A stretch of 64,000 nucleotides of DNA from Verrucomicrobiia bacterium (GCA_035629335.1 DASPIB010000001.1:674473-738472), one strand, 5' to 3'; shown: positions 18,220 to 27,855, numbered from the stretch's first letter. Numbers and translations: made by a program. The notes: generated by a model not told the origin, from the sequence alone.

Positions 18220-19512
18220 TTACTTCCAGAACAAGAAGTACTGGATCATCCAGGTGATAATTGCCGCGAACAAACCAACTAGCGCCGGCAGCGAAGCCAG
18301 TTTCAGGTAGGCCTGGAAAGTCAGTTCCTTTAAGCTTCCCATCGCTACGATACCAGCTGCGCTGGCGAATATCAGCAGCGAACCGCCCGTGCCGGCAGTA
18401 ATACTCACCAAGCCCCAGATGCGTGGGTCGGTAATTGGGAAGACCTCAATCGCAATCGCCACTAAGGCTGAGTTGTCTACCACGCCCGACAGCAAGCCAA
18501 GAATCGAGCTTAAGGCGATCAGCCAGCCTTCTGACGGTTGCGGGCCGACAGCCACTTCTGAAAAGTAGGCCAGCACGCCCAGCGAGGTGAGGGCGCCAAC
18601 GCTGAGCAGAATACCAATAATAAACATGATCGAACTCAAATCAACCGACTGAATAATCTTCTCAATATTAGCCGTCAAATGCGACTGACGTGGCTTGCGG
18701 CTCTTATGGCGAACAATTTCAATAATTGCCCAGGTGATACCAAGGCCGAACAAACGGGCAGTGTATGGTTGGACATTTATCATGTTGGCAAGCAGCGGCA
18801 GCACAAAAGCAAACAGTGCTGAGCCAATAACCAATTTTTCGCTCAGCGAAAGCGTAATAGCGTCATCTTCGGTATCTAACTTTACAAACTCATCATCACG
18901 GAGTTTGCGGTAAAGAAACGCACCTGCCACTACTGTCAGCACCAGCGTCGGGATAAACGCAGTGGTGATCATATCAATCGCGCTAATCTTACCGCTCAAC
19001 CATAGAAGTAGCGAAGTTACATCACCAATTGGCGACCAAGCACCACCAGCATTAGCGGCAATTACAATACCAGACGCCGCCAAAATCAGGTTGCGGCCGG
19101 TAAAGAAACGACGAGCAATTAAAATGAAACAAATAGTCAAACTGATGTTATCGAGCACCCCCGATAGCATAAAACACAGCGCCAACAGTAGTACAAACTG
19201 TCCGCGCTCGGTAATTTTTAATTTAGCTAATTTTGTGCGAATGAAGTCAAAAAACCGATAATGCGCTAAGATCTCAATCAGCGCCATCGACGCTAGTGAA
19301 AAAGCGGCGATACTGAAAACATTGACGGCAGTTTCATTAGTAATTGCGACGAAGGCTTCGCTATTATGACCCAAAATTGCCGCCAGCACCCATAGGGCGC
19401 CCGCCATCATTAAGGCAATGGCCGATTTATGCGTATTGAATTTTTGTTCGAAGGCGATCAGCGCGTACCCAAGCACAAACACGCCCGCACCTATCCATGC
19501 GACTAAAGGCAT
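18220..19512 (-). CDS. NhaD/ArsB-superfamily ion transporter (Na+/H+ antiporter NhaD-like)
   Basis: 430 aa, about 11-12 hydrophobic helices, overall resemblance to NhaD/CitMHS permeases; GGAAAGAAG SD. Confidence 0.7.
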   Translation of the reverse strand: MPLVAWIGAGVFVLGYALIAFEQKFNTHKSAIALMMAGALWVLAAILGHNSEAFVAITNETAVNVFSIAAFSLASMALIEILAHYRFFDFIRTKLAKLKITERGQFVLLLALCFMLSGVLDNISLTICFILIARRFFTGRNLILAASGIVIAANAGGAWSPIGDVTSLLLWLSGKISAIDMITTAFIPTLVLTVVAGAFLYRKLRDDEFVKLDTEDDAITLSLSEKLVIGSALFAFVLPLLANMINVQPYTARLFGLGITWAIIEIVRHKSRKPRQSHLTANIEKIIQSVDLSSIMFIIGILLSVGALTSLGVLAYFSEVAVGPQPSEGWLIALSSILGLLSGVVDNSALVAIAIEVFPITDPRIWGLVSITAGTGGSLLIFASAAGIVAMGSLKELTFQAYLKLASLPALVGLFAAIITWMIQYFLFWK

Positions 19513-19738
19513 ATACTTTCTTCTTTCCGTTAAGAGTTTTTTCTAATCCATTCCACACAATACTCCTGCTTGGTAAAAATTACAAGCTCAAAAAGTTAAG
19601 AAGTAGTTAAAATGCGAGAACAGGGGTGCTGTACAAGAAATGCTGATATGCTCAATGAAACTACGAAAAATCAAGATTAGAAACGGTAAAAAGCAAGTTT
19701 TATACTACATAACGTCCCTTAACAGAAAGGTGCCGCTC

Positions 19739-20677
19739 ATGCGCGTTGAGCTGCCAATGTGTTTGTTTAACTTCGAAGCTGGTGGCCTGCAGCCTTCTGG
19801 CCAGTACGACTTTGGAAAATTGCGACTCGCGTTTAAGAATATTCGTCCGCGACCGGTGCTGATCGTCATTAATGAAGGTAAAGAGTGGGGCAGCAAGGGG
19901 AGTATCCCGCTGTTTGCAGCCAATTCTGCGCTTATGGCCGAACTCGGCGGCACTTACGAAGCGCATCTCGGCCATTCCGAGCGTGGTCCGTTTGGGCCAG
20001 CTATATTCTTTGACCCAAACGTGCTGGAGATTAAGTACTGGGGCGACGAACGAGTTCCTTACCTCGACAAGCGAAATCTCGGGCGATTCGTGGTGCGCGG
20101 GAATGGGCAGCCTTTTGAGGTGCTGGCGCAGCACTGGAATCCCGACGGCGGAGAACTCCGCATGACTGAAGCCGGTCGTGCAGCATCCTTGGGTAAAAAA
20201 GCTGTTCCTGAGCTGCTAATGGGTGACCTCAACGAAACTGCTTCGGGTCTTCATTTGCCGCAATTTAACTGGGAAATTGCCACACCAGGCTTCCGACGAG
20301 GCAAGGGCAGGCAACTCCCTGATGGCAGCTGGACGGCGTATACCGACAACGTCGACAGGCTTGTCGGCAAGTGGGATCCAACGTATGCGTGGGGGCATCC
20401 TAAAGCGCGCCGGTACGATGGCGAGGGTTTCCATATCGTGGCGGAGCTCGCCGCGAAAAGTGGCACCCCATCCAAGGAAGCCTTTATGCCAACGGTAAAC
20501 GAAGGAGTCGATATTGGCGGTGAGCTGCTGATTGACTACATGCTGATTAATGCTGCGTGGCTTAAAAAGGGCGGCCTGGCGCCCAAGACTTACAAGGTGC
20601 ATGTTCCTGCTGGTAACAACCGCCGAAAGTGGCCATCCGATCACCGATTGGTAAGCGCGACTTTCTGGCTCGGGTAG
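19739..20677 (+). CDS. endonuclease/exonuclease/phosphatase (EEP) family protein
   Basis: VINEGKEW, LLMGDLNE (GDxN motif), C-terminal PSDHRLV; ATG 19739 preceded by GAAAGG SD; TATACT box at 19701-19706. Confidence 0.65.
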   Translation: MRVELPMCLFNFEAGGLQPSGQYDFGKLRLAFKNIRPRPVLIVINEGKEWGSKGSIPLFAANSALMAELGGTYEAHLGHSERGPFGPAIFFDPNVLEIKYWGDERVPYLDKRNLGRFVVRGNGQPFEVLAQHWNPDGGELRMTEAGRAASLGKKAVPELLMGDLNETASGLHLPQFNWEIATPGFRRGKGRQLPDGSWTAYTDNVDRLVGKWDPTYAWGHPKARRYDGEGFHIVAELAAKSGTPSKEAFMPTVNEGVDIGGELLIDYMLINAAWLKKGGLAPKTYKVHVPAGNNRRKWPSDHRLVSATFWLG

Positions 20678-20685
20678 GGCGTGCT

Positions 20686-20711
20686 GGCTCGCTGTGCTTT
20701 CGCAGCGAGCC
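20686..20711 (+). terminator. hairpin after the EEP gene
   Basis: ggctcgctg-tgctttcg-cagcgagcc. Confidence 0.45.
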
Positions 20712-20730
20712 GTTAATCTTCTACGGTCTA

Positions 20731-20739
20731 TGTTATACT
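20731..20739 (+). promoter_or_regulatory. extended -10 box TGtTATACT
   Basis: 72 nt upstream of ATG 20812. Confidence 0.4.
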
Positions 20740-20811
20740 CTCTGCGATAGCTAGCGCTACGTAGAAACCGATGACACTATGACACTAACTTTTTCGAGGA
20801 GAAGTGAAGTA

Positions 20812-20985
20812 ATGGCCAAGCCAGCCGGATGTTCGTGTCGATGCAATCATTCTCCGGACGAGCGGAAGGTCACGCTCGAAGACTTCGTACCCGATCCCGA
20901 TAGGACCCTCTGCGTCAGCTGTGAGTGTACCTGTGTCGGCTCAGACCCGAAGCAGTGTCCTTGCTGTGGTGTTCGTGATAAATAG
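20812..20985 (+). CDS. Cys-rich 57-aa protein (metallothionein-like candidate)
   Basis: MAKPAGCSCRCNHSPDE...LCVSCECTCVGSDPKQCPCCGVRDK with 10 Cys; GAGGAG SD; own promoter box and terminator. Confidence 0.55.
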   Translation: MAKPAGCSCRCNHSPDERKVTLEDFVPDPDRTLCVSCECTCVGSDPKQCPCCGVRDK

Positions 20986-20994
20986 CTAGTGTGC

Positions 20995-21036
20995 GGTTCG
21001 GTGTGACTTATACTCACGCCGAACCCTTTAATTTTT
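20995..21036 (+). terminator. rho-independent terminator
   Basis: ggttcggtgtga/tcacgccgaacc (one G-U pair), followed by CTTTAATTTTT. Confidence 0.6.
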
Positions 21037-21066
21037 AGCTCTTATTCAATTTGCAACCAGACAATA

Positions 21067-21075
21067 TGCTACACT
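21067..21075 (+). promoter_or_regulatory. extended -10 box TGCTACACT
   Basis: Exact nonamer; 38-nt leader with AAGGAG SD before ATG 21114. Confidence 0.5.
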
Positions 21076-21113
21076 CTAAATATAGCTGAATTTTGCAAAA
21101 TCAAGGAGCCCGC

Positions 21114-22556
21114 ATGCAACCAAACAACGAAAACCAACCCGTAAATACACCGGCACAGATGCCAAGCCCGGCCGCGAGTAGCGCCCAAACGCCACTACAG
21201 CCAGCAACGCCTTCTGTCGGAAGTGGCGCACAACCACCTAAAAAATCAAAAAACAAGCTTATTCTACTTATTGTCGCACTGGTGGTTATTGTTATTGGTG
21301 CAATTGCCGCGGCTGTGTTTTTCTTTAATGGCGCCAAGGCACCATCTCGCGGCCCAGCACTAACGGTTGGTTCAAATCCGTATATTTATGCCTGTAGCGT
21401 TTTCGATACCGACACCGTGGTGACTAATCTTAAGTTTGAAGGCGACAAAAACAAGCAAGTTGCCGAAGAGACCTATGCCTTTTCGCCATTTGATACCGAA
21501 AACAAAGAAATCGACATCCTAAAAGCGACTGGCCGCGAGAATATCCCTAGTGCCTGCCGCATTAAAACCGATATTCGCTTCGAAGATGGCCCCGAAGGCC
21601 GTGAGCCAACCTTTGTTCCGGCTACTTTAACCCTGCAGCAATTCGCAAACGAACAAGCTGCTATGGCAAAGTTCCTTGAAACAAAATCTCAGTATAAAAA
21701 CGCCAAGCCATTGCCTTCAAATAGAGACAAAGGCTTCTTCGCACCACAATCCGAGGATTCAAAGTATCTAAATGTTTTTGTTCAGTACAAGAATATGCAG
21801 TTTGGTTATTCAATTCCACAGGGCAGCGCTACCCCCGAGGAACAGGCAAGCCGAACCGAAAAAATCCACGCCGAAGCTATTCGCCGCATCGAGGCCGGTG
21901 AAGGCCAAACACCTAAAAACTACACCGGTGTGAACAAAATAGGCGACATGCCGTTTATCGACTTATGTCAAAACACCTACTTCCCTAAAGTCGCTGAAGC
22001 CATTGGCGGCAATGCCGAATTCGATCTGGCGCTGTTTAATTCAAATCAAAACTACAGTCCGTCCGATGCCGAGAGCGATGCGCCACAAGCGATGTCATCA
22101 ATCTGCAATACCTACTTCCGCACCGAAAAAGACATGGCCGCCCAAAGCGAATTAGCTAAGCAGCAGCCATCAGCCCAATTTGTGAATTTCCCACACCAGT
22201 TTATGGTGCAACTGATCATCACCAAATCGCCCGAAGATGCTCAAAAATATGTTACTAACTTCAAAAAAAGTGGCGATGAAGCCCGTGGGAGAGACTCATC
22301 ACTTGGAAAAATTGAAGAAGTGCAGCTCGGCGATAAGGGCGTCAAAACTTTTAACGCCGCCATCAAGGACGCACCTTTTGATAGCTACCTGCACTATATC
22401 GCTAAAGACAATCACGTGTACGTGATTTCAATCATGAAGCGAGCCCAAACCGAACCTTACAAGACCGATACCACTCCTTTAACCGACGGACAAATGGAGA
22501 AAGTGTTTACAACCTTGGTTGATGGCGTTAATTACGCAAAAAGCAAATTGCAGTAA
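21114..22556 (+). CDS. membrane-anchored hypothetical protein (P/A/Q-rich N-terminus, one TM, large extracytoplasmic domain)
   Basis: ATG 21114 after AAGGAG; LILLIVALVVIVIGAIAAAVFFF TM segment; remainder has no motif. Confidence 0.7.
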   Translation: MQPNNENQPVNTPAQMPSPAASSAQTPLQPATPSVGSGAQPPKKSKNKLILLIVALVVIVIGAIAAAVFFFNGAKAPSRGPALTVGSNPYIYACSVFDTDTVVTNLKFEGDKNKQVAEETYAFSPFDTENKEIDILKATGRENIPSACRIKTDIRFEDGPEGREPTFVPATLTLQQFANEQAAMAKFLETKSQYKNAKPLPSNRDKGFFAPQSEDSKYLNVFVQYKNMQFGYSIPQGSATPEEQASRTEKIHAEAIRRIEAGEGQTPKNYTGVNKIGDMPFIDLCQNTYFPKVAEAIGGNAEFDLALFNSNQNYSPSDAESDAPQAMSSICNTYFRTEKDMAAQSELAKQQPSAQFVNFPHQFMVQLIITKSPEDAQKYVTNFKKSGDEARGRDSSLGKIEEVQLGDKGVKTFNAAIKDAPFDSYLHYIAKDNHVYVISIMKRAQTEPYKTDTTPLTDGQMEKVFTTLVDGVNYAKSKLQ

Positions 22557-22571
22557 CTTCCAAATAAACAT

Positions 22572-22604
22572 AGCCCCTCATACATTAGCAGAGGGGCTTT
22601 TTTG
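22572..22604 (+). terminator. rho-independent terminator
   Basis: agcccctc/gaggggct followed by TTTTTTG. Confidence 0.7.
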
Positions 22605-22697
22605 TTGTTTACTCTCAGGATACCGTTAATATTGCTTTTTAATAGATTTTATGATATTATACATAAGCTGTAACTCGCGATAGAAAGGCGAGACGAC

Positions 22698-22940
22698 ATG
22701 AACATCCCTGCTTTAGTCTTCACTCTTAACGAAAACCCCTCGGCAACGATTGGAGAACGATTTCTTGACGGTCTCATCCGCGATGCTCTTGAATTGACTC
22801 GCCCCAACTCGCGCCATGCTCTTCCCGGACTTGAACCTACGCTGCATGACGAATTGACCCGGGCAAAGAGCGCACAAGAGAAGGATGCTGCCCTCCGGAA
22901 GTTTGCAAAAAATGCGAATGGGCTGATGGCAGCAAGGTAG
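22698..22940 (+). CDS. hypothetical protein
   Basis: 80-aa ORF, GAAAGG SD, TGaTATTAT box upstream. Confidence 0.5.
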   Translation: MNIPALVFTLNENPSATIGERFLDGLIRDALELTRPNSRHALPGLEPTLHDELTRAKSAQEKDAALRKFAKNANGLMAAR

Positions 22941-22963
22941 TTCGTTCAGACATTCACGGCAAT

Positions 22964-22990
22964 GCCCGCCAGGCACACCACCTGGCGGGC
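22964..22990. terminator. hairpin between convergent genes
   Basis: 10-bp perfect stem gcccgccagg/cctggcgggc. Confidence 0.4.
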
Positions 22991-23067
22991 GCACCATTTC
23001 TGGAAATTATATTCACAATTTAGCTCGCCCTAACTTTTGCAGCAAGCGAAAGAATCAACCTCCAAAA

Positions 23068-23559
23068 CTAACTAGGAAATAGCGCTATGATATCCGGCAT
23101 CGCCGCAATATATTTTCCTGGCGCCGTTTTAAGTTCTGTTTCAAGTTGCGCACGGGGAAGCCAGGCGATCTGTTCAATTTCAGCTGTTTGTATCATAAAG
23201 CGTTCTAACGGCCAATCCAGTGTGACGCTGTACCACTGCACAAAATAGCGCGCCGGAAAGGTGATAAGCTGCTTTGGGCCAAGCTGAAACGGTACATCAA
23301 CAATACCTAGCTCTTCTTGGGCTTCGCGGTAAATGGTGGTTTCGTACGAATCACCGCCTTCGACCGTTCCACCAACTGCCTCGGCCCACTTACCCGGGTC
23401 AACTTTTTTATTATGCTTTCGCTGTGCCAGTAACACGTCGCCCTGGCTATTGGTGATCCACAGCGAAGCAGTACGAAAGATATCTTTTTTAAAATCAAGC
23501 GCTGATCGATCTTTTGCTCCAATGATTACATCGTCACGGTTTACAACTGGTACTATCAT
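23068..23559 (-). CDS. NUDIX hydrolase
   Basis: Nudix box GGTVEGGDSYETTIYREAQEELGI. Confidence 0.85.
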   Translation of the reverse strand: MIVPVVNRDDVIIGAKDRSALDFKKDIFRTASLWITNSQGDVLLAQRKHNKKVDPGKWAEAVGGTVEGGDSYETTIYREAQEELGIVDVPFQLGPKQLITFPARYFVQWYSVTLDWPLERFMIQTAEIEQIAWLPRAQLETELKTAPGKYIAAMPDIIALFPS

Positions 23560-23566
23560 AAAAGCC

Positions 23567-23572
23567 AGTATA
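23567..23572 (-). promoter_or_regulatory. -10 box TATACT, leaderless-type
   Basis: Ends 7 nt before ATG 23559. Confidence 0.45.
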
Positions 23573-23626
23573 ACGCATCAAGCTCTTCTTGGTAGTTGAC
23601 GGGCGTTAAATAATACGAGATACTTC

Positions 23627-23914
23627 ATGATGGCCACGAGGAGGAGCATGATGGCGCAAGAACCTTTTGAGTTCAGCCACAACGAGCGTACAAAACGCGC
23701 CCGCTGGCAATTAACACAGCCCCTCGAAATGTCGGCAGAATTCTTGCTGGTTAATTCCTTAGTGGGGTTGCGTGATAGCAAGGAGTTCGAATTCTTCACT
23801 TTTGAGGACAACGTGCTGGACGTACAGTTTGGCAATAGCCATACCAAGTACCACATCACCGAATTGCTTTCGACGCTACACCGAGCCGTTATGGAAGCTG
23901 TCGAGCACGCTTAA
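23627..23914 (+). CDS. hypothetical protein
   Basis: 95-aa ORF; no motif. Confidence 0.45.
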   Translation: MMATRRSMMAQEPFEFSHNERTKRARWQLTQPLEMSAEFLLVNSLVGLRDSKEFEFFTFEDNVLDVQFGNSHTKYHITELLSTLHRAVMEAVEHA

Positions 23915-23937
23915 ACCGACCGAGAGGCAGGGTTGTC

Positions 23938-24201
23938 ATGAATATGTCACAGTATCCCTACACGCACGAACTCGACCCGATCAAGCGCACCGCAAGCTGG
24001 ACGCTCAATCACGCTACGCCGCCGTTTACCGATGAAGAGCTGAAGATCATCAACAATGATCTGCGAGACGACAAAACTACTGGGTTGGTAGCAACTTTTG
24101 AGGTAACTGAGCGACGAATCAGCATTCAGTGGCTCAAGCCAGAAGGATGCGCCTATACTATGGGATTGATTGTCGAAATTCTTCAAGATCGTCGGCGATA
24201 A
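23938..24201 (+). CDS. hypothetical protein
   Basis: 87-aa ORF 23 nt after the previous one, GAGGCAGGG SD. Confidence 0.5.
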   Translation: MNMSQYPYTHELDPIKRTASWTLNHATPPFTDEELKIINNDLRDDKTTGLVATFEVTERRISIQWLKPEGCAYTMGLIVEILQDRRR

Positions 24202-24239
24202 ATTTACGCCCGCACCCCATCGGTGCGCGCCCTAACTTA

Positions 24240-24248
24240 TGCTACACT
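24240..24248 (+). promoter_or_regulatory. extended -10 box TGCTACACT, leaderless-type
   Basis: Exact nonamer ending 6 nt before ATG 24255. Confidence 0.5.
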
Positions 24249-24254
24249 TAGCGT

Positions 24255-24749
24255 ATGGCCACATTTAGTTTTGATATAGTTTCCGAATACGATAAGGGCG
24301 AAATGAATAATGTTTTTCAGCAAGCTCAGCGCGAAATTGACAGCCGATTTGACTTCAAAAATACCCCGGCTGCGATTGACTGGTTGCCCGATAAAGCCGG
24401 TTTTAAAATTATTGGCGCCGGCGAATGGCAAATCGATTCGATTTTAGATATTGTCCGTAAAAAATTAGCCAGCCGCAATCAAAGTTCAAAATCCTTAGAC
24501 CTCACCAAGCCGGTGACTGAAAGCAATTTACGGGCGATGAAAGAAGTACCTTTTAAAGAAGGGCTCGACCAAGAAAAAGCCAAAATGATCACCAAACTTC
24601 TTAAAGACCGTTTTCCAAAAGTAAAAGCCCAAATCCAAGGCGCAGCCGTTCGGGTTTCAAGCGGCAGCAAAGACGAACTGCAGGCAGTGATGCGCTTATT
24701 AAACGAGCAAGATTACGACTTTACGCTCAATTATACGAATTACCGATAA
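24255..24749 (+). CDS. yajQ: YajQ family (UPF0234) nucleotide / cyclic-di-GMP-binding protein
   Basis: MATFSFDIVSEYDKGEMNNVFQQAQREIDSRFDFK... and 164-aa size are typical of YajQ. Confidence 0.9.
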   Translation: MATFSFDIVSEYDKGEMNNVFQQAQREIDSRFDFKNTPAAIDWLPDKAGFKIIGAGEWQIDSILDIVRKKLASRNQSSKSLDLTKPVTESNLRAMKEVPFKEGLDQEKAKMITKLLKDRFPKVKAQIQGAAVRVSSGSKDELQAVMRLLNEQDYDFTLNYTNYR

Positions 24750-24754
24750 AAATA

Positions 24755-24783
24755 GGTGTCCTCTCGTACCTCGAGAGGACACC
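24755..24783. terminator. hairpin between convergent genes
   Basis: 12-bp stem ggtgtcctctcg/cgagaggacacc; U-run on the minus-strand side. Confidence 0.6.
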
Positions 24784-24803
24784 ATCCCCGCAAATCTGTG
24801 CCC

Positions 24804-25166
24804 TTACTTTTTTGGCGGATACTTGCTCAAAATGTTCGCAGCCACAGCCTCTACCACTCGATGTGTACTCTGAACAAGCCCCGGCACATCTTGCTCATCA
24901 AACTCATTCGAAACGTAGACCAGCAGGCTAAGTTCGAGATCAGTCGGATCGTCAGTTGTAAGCAGCTTGGCCTCTGGTTTTTTAAGATGCTCCGGGCTTT
25001 GCTCTGTCAGCTTCTGGCAAACTTGGTCTGCTAAGGCCTGCCTGTCTTGCTCGGTTAGCTTATGGCCGTTACTACTAAGCCAGAACCCGAGCACCATCCC
25101 AACATGAGGCTTCGGCACTGTATCATATTCATGATGTACTACCCGGAGAAGATCACTTCTTGCCAT
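24804..25166 (-). CDS. hypothetical protein
   Basis: 120-aa ORF, AAGGGG SD, TGgTATAAT box upstream. Confidence 0.55.
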   Translation of the reverse strand: MARSDLLRVVHHEYDTVPKPHVGMVLGFWLSSNGHKLTEQDRQALADQVCQKLTEQSPEHLKKPEAKLLTTDDPTDLELSLLVYVSNEFDEQDVPGLVQSTHRVVEAVAANILSKYPPKK

Positions 25167-25205
25167 GAGGGCAGCCCCTTATCTGATAGACGACGCTTCC
25201 TCAAA

Positions 25206-25214
25206 ATTATACCA
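25206..25214 (-). promoter_or_regulatory. extended -10 box TGgTATAAT
   Basis: About 40 nt upstream of ATG 25166. Confidence 0.45.
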
Positions 25215-25294
25215 AGTTACTACCGTTTTACAACTTGCTACTTCATCGCTATAGTGAAAGGGGCATCCTTTACATCTGAAAGCGAGGGGCAGTA

Positions 25295-25627
25295 GTGGCG
25301 GTCGTCAAAAACTTTCTTAGGGAAAGATCGAAGTTCAACGACACTCAGTATATTTACAAATTTTCACAGATGCTCGATATTGGCACAGCGAGTTTTGAGA
25401 ATCGGCTTGATAAACCCCGTGCCCGCTCGCAGCACGATTCCATTACCGTCGAGATCGCCCGTGGCCTGCACGCCATTGAAGGTATCGTGGATTTTCACTT
25501 CGACCAGTACGAATTGACGATCAAAGTTAAACCTTTCCTAAGTGTGCAAAAGCTCGACGAGATAGATAGCAAGATCAAAAAGCTTTTTGCTTCGCTAGAT
25601 ATCAAACCGCTAGTGTTTGGCAAATAG
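25295..25627 (+). CDS. hypothetical protein
   Basis: 110-aa ORF, GTG start, GAGGGG SD, TATAGT box upstream. Confidence 0.5.
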   Translation: MAVVKNFLRERSKFNDTQYIYKFSQMLDIGTASFENRLDKPRARSQHDSITVEIARGLHAIEGIVDFHFDQYELTIKVKPFLSVQKLDEIDSKIKKLFASLDIKPLVFGK

Positions 25628-25632
25628 CGCAC

Positions 25633-25664
25633 CCGCCTAAAGTATCTTGATGGTGCTTTAGGCG
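25633..25664 (+). terminator. hairpin after the 25295 gene
   Basis: 10-bp stem ccgcctaaag/ctttaggcgg. Confidence 0.45.
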
Positions 25665-25756
25665 GCAAATATCCTCAGCGAAATAGAGCCTCATATTGCT
25701 TCAGCTGAAATTGTTTTATAGAATAGCCCGGTAACTATAAGTGGAGACTACCGAAG

Positions 25757-27325
25757 ATGGAACCTTTGCCTCAACCTGAATTTTCTGAACACCAACGCGA
25801 CGAACTCGCCAGCCTGCTGCTCGGCGAACGGTTATTAACCGATGCCGAGGAAGCGGCAATTATGCACAAAGTAGAGTTGGGCGAACCAGTTGTTTCTGCC
25901 GAAGCCCTCGATGCAATTGTTCGTGGCTTCCAAACACCTAAACCAATCGATCCAATGCACGCCATCGAAACCTTCACTAAAGGTTCAGCCGAAGGCGCCG
26001 CCCTAATGCGTACCGACTTACAGCTTCCGCGCGATTGCCGGCATTTTGAACACGTATACGCAGTAGTTAATGGCCACGACGATTTTATGCAACTGCTACA
26101 AACCGATGAAGAGCGAGTGATTTCACGCCTGACCGGTTTTCTGCAAGATATTTTTAAACCTGTCGCCGTTAAGGCCACCGGCAGCAATCAAGCCCAGGCA
26201 AAATATAATGCTATTGGGGTGGCTAACTTATTGCCGCACATTAGCCCAGAATTACTAGCCAGCGATGCCAAAGAAGCGGTTGAAAAACTAGTAAATCAAG
26301 ATTTTATTGGTGGCGCTTTACAGGGTCGGTTTTCGAGCCAGGCGCTTGAAGCGTTTAAGGCTAGCTTTCCCAAGCGCTTTCAAAGCCGGCTCGATACTTT
26401 TATGATGATTGCCTACTTGGCCGATGCCGGCGCCCACACCATTCACCGGGCATACCCCGACCTTGAAAACAACCGCGAACTCCGCTGCTGCATTCCGGCC
26501 GACCACGATGCTGAAAGCAAATCCTTAAGCCATCTCTTCACCTGGCTGCCCGATGGCCCGCTGGCGCTGCGCCACCCCTACCGCGACGTACTCACCGGCA
26601 TGTTCCCTGAAAGCGACTTGGCCAAATATTTCGCAGATAATCACGACAGCCAACCTGAGCTCGGCCGTTTTGACGTTCCTTATGCCGAAGCTGCCCAGGC
26701 CGATGGCATTTGGTCGGCCCGTATGAATGTGCCTAATGCTAGCCTGCAGGAAGTGACCGAGGCCATTACGGCTTTTACCGCCGACACCCATTTCCCAATC
26801 TCAGCCTACCTGACCACCAGCCGCGATAAAGTAACGGCCATCGAATTCGTCCGCGACCCCAGCCGCAGCCGCACACCATCGGCGCCGCCAATCGATGAGA
26901 GCGAGCGCTACGCCCGTGCTTTCAGTGAACGATTTGATTGGCCGCTCGTAGAAACACCCCAAAAACAAGAACGTCCTGACGTTCGGGCTTGTGTCGGCCT
27001 GCTTGAAGGCTACGATAAAGATCAAGTCGCACACCCGCCAGCCGAAGCCTTAGCGCTGCTGCTCAAAAAAGGCGCTGGCGCTCTAGCCGTCAAAACCAAC
27101 GTCGTCACGCTGGTTTCGGCTGCGTATTTTTACGACCAAAAGGAGGAGAGAGAAGTCGTTCGGCCCTACACCGAGCGCGTTATGGTGATTGAGGCCAACG
27201 CCAAACAGCCCGATGCTGACCCGCTTGCAGCCATCACTTACGTTGCCGGCAATTTGCAGCAGCATCGGATTTTTGCTGAACTTGGCGATAGGGATCGTAC
27301 CGTTGCTCTGAGTAGAGCTTTATAG
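25757..27325 (+). CDS. hypothetical protein (522 aa)
   Basis: Long uninterrupted ORF, GTGGAG SD; no motif recognised. Confidence 0.7.
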   Translation: MEPLPQPEFSEHQRDELASLLLGERLLTDAEEAAIMHKVELGEPVVSAEALDAIVRGFQTPKPIDPMHAIETFTKGSAEGAALMRTDLQLPRDCRHFEHVYAVVNGHDDFMQLLQTDEERVISRLTGFLQDIFKPVAVKATGSNQAQAKYNAIGVANLLPHISPELLASDAKEAVEKLVNQDFIGGALQGRFSSQALEAFKASFPKRFQSRLDTFMMIAYLADAGAHTIHRAYPDLENNRELRCCIPADHDAESKSLSHLFTWLPDGPLALRHPYRDVLTGMFPESDLAKYFADNHDSQPELGRFDVPYAEAAQADGIWSARMNVPNASLQEVTEAITAFTADTHFPISAYLTTSRDKVTAIEFVRDPSRSRTPSAPPIDESERYARAFSERFDWPLVETPQKQERPDVRACVGLLEGYDKDQVAHPPAEALALLLKKGAGALAVKTNVVTLVSAAYFYDQKEEREVVRPYTERVMVIEANAKQPDADPLAAITYVAGNLQQHRIFAELGDRDRTVALSRAL

Positions 27326-27393
27326 TGCTTTAAATTTGTTTTACTTAATTATATAATTTTAGTGGCATTGTTGGCACCGATTTTGGAGAACTC

Positions 27394-27810
27394 ATGAAAC
27401 AATACCTGCGTCGGGGAATCAAGCACATCGAGGTGCGAGGTGGACGGGCCGAAGTACGGTACGAGGAGCGGCCCGGCGAACAAGATGAACTGGTCATCGT
27501 AGAATCGGACCCCAACTGGAACGAACGGACCACAAAGCCTTTCCTCGGGAAGAAGGTGCTTGAGCTGACCGGCCCCGATGCTTCGCGACCGCCAGCGCAT
27601 TCGACTTTCGGCGGTGTGGAAAATATCATCAACGGCCCTGTTCACGGAGGGGCAATTCAAGCTGGACACATCTCGGGAGGCGTCACCGTCCCACGTGGCA
27701 CCGGCAAGATTCAAATCGCCGGCGAAACTGTGAGCCCTGGCCGCACCGGACCTTCCACGATTGTCATCAAGCTCCGACAGGGCACATCGCTTAAAGTAAA
27801 GCACCTCTGA
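27394..27810 (+). CDS. hypothetical protein
   Basis: 138-aa ORF with GGAGA SD and a downstream terminator; preferred over the antisense ORF 27349-27831. Confidence 0.5.
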   Translation: MKQYLRRGIKHIEVRGGRAEVRYEERPGEQDELVIVESDPNWNERTTKPFLGKKVLELTGPDASRPPAHSTFGGVENIINGPVHGGAIQAGHISGGVTVPRGTGKIQIAGETVSPGRTGPSTIVIKLRQGTSLKVKHL

Positions 27811-27815
27811 AAAAC

Positions 27816-27855
27816 GGCCCTGACTGCACAAACGCGCAGTCAGGGCCCATTTTTA
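27816..27855 (+). terminator. rho-independent terminator
   Basis: 12-bp stem ggccctgactgc/gcagtcagggcc followed by CATTTTTAA. Confidence 0.65.

Noticed and set aside
21002-21018. TGTGA-N7-TCAC string resembling a second CRP site
   Set aside because: The spacing and right half-site are wrong (TCACG, N7), and the sequence is the stem-loop of the terminator after the Cys-rich gene.
21361-21385. GGTTCAAATCC, a tRNA T-loop-like string
   Set aside because: The flanks cannot form a T-stem or acceptor stem, and the string lies inside the 21114-22556 CDS. No tRNA was found anywhere in the window.
27349-27831. 160-aa minus-strand ORF overlapping the 27394-27810 plus ORF
   Set aside because: The plus ORF has a GGAGA SD and a rho-independent terminator with a T-run at 27816-27855. 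The minus ORF would begin inside that terminator. The call remains only moderately confident.
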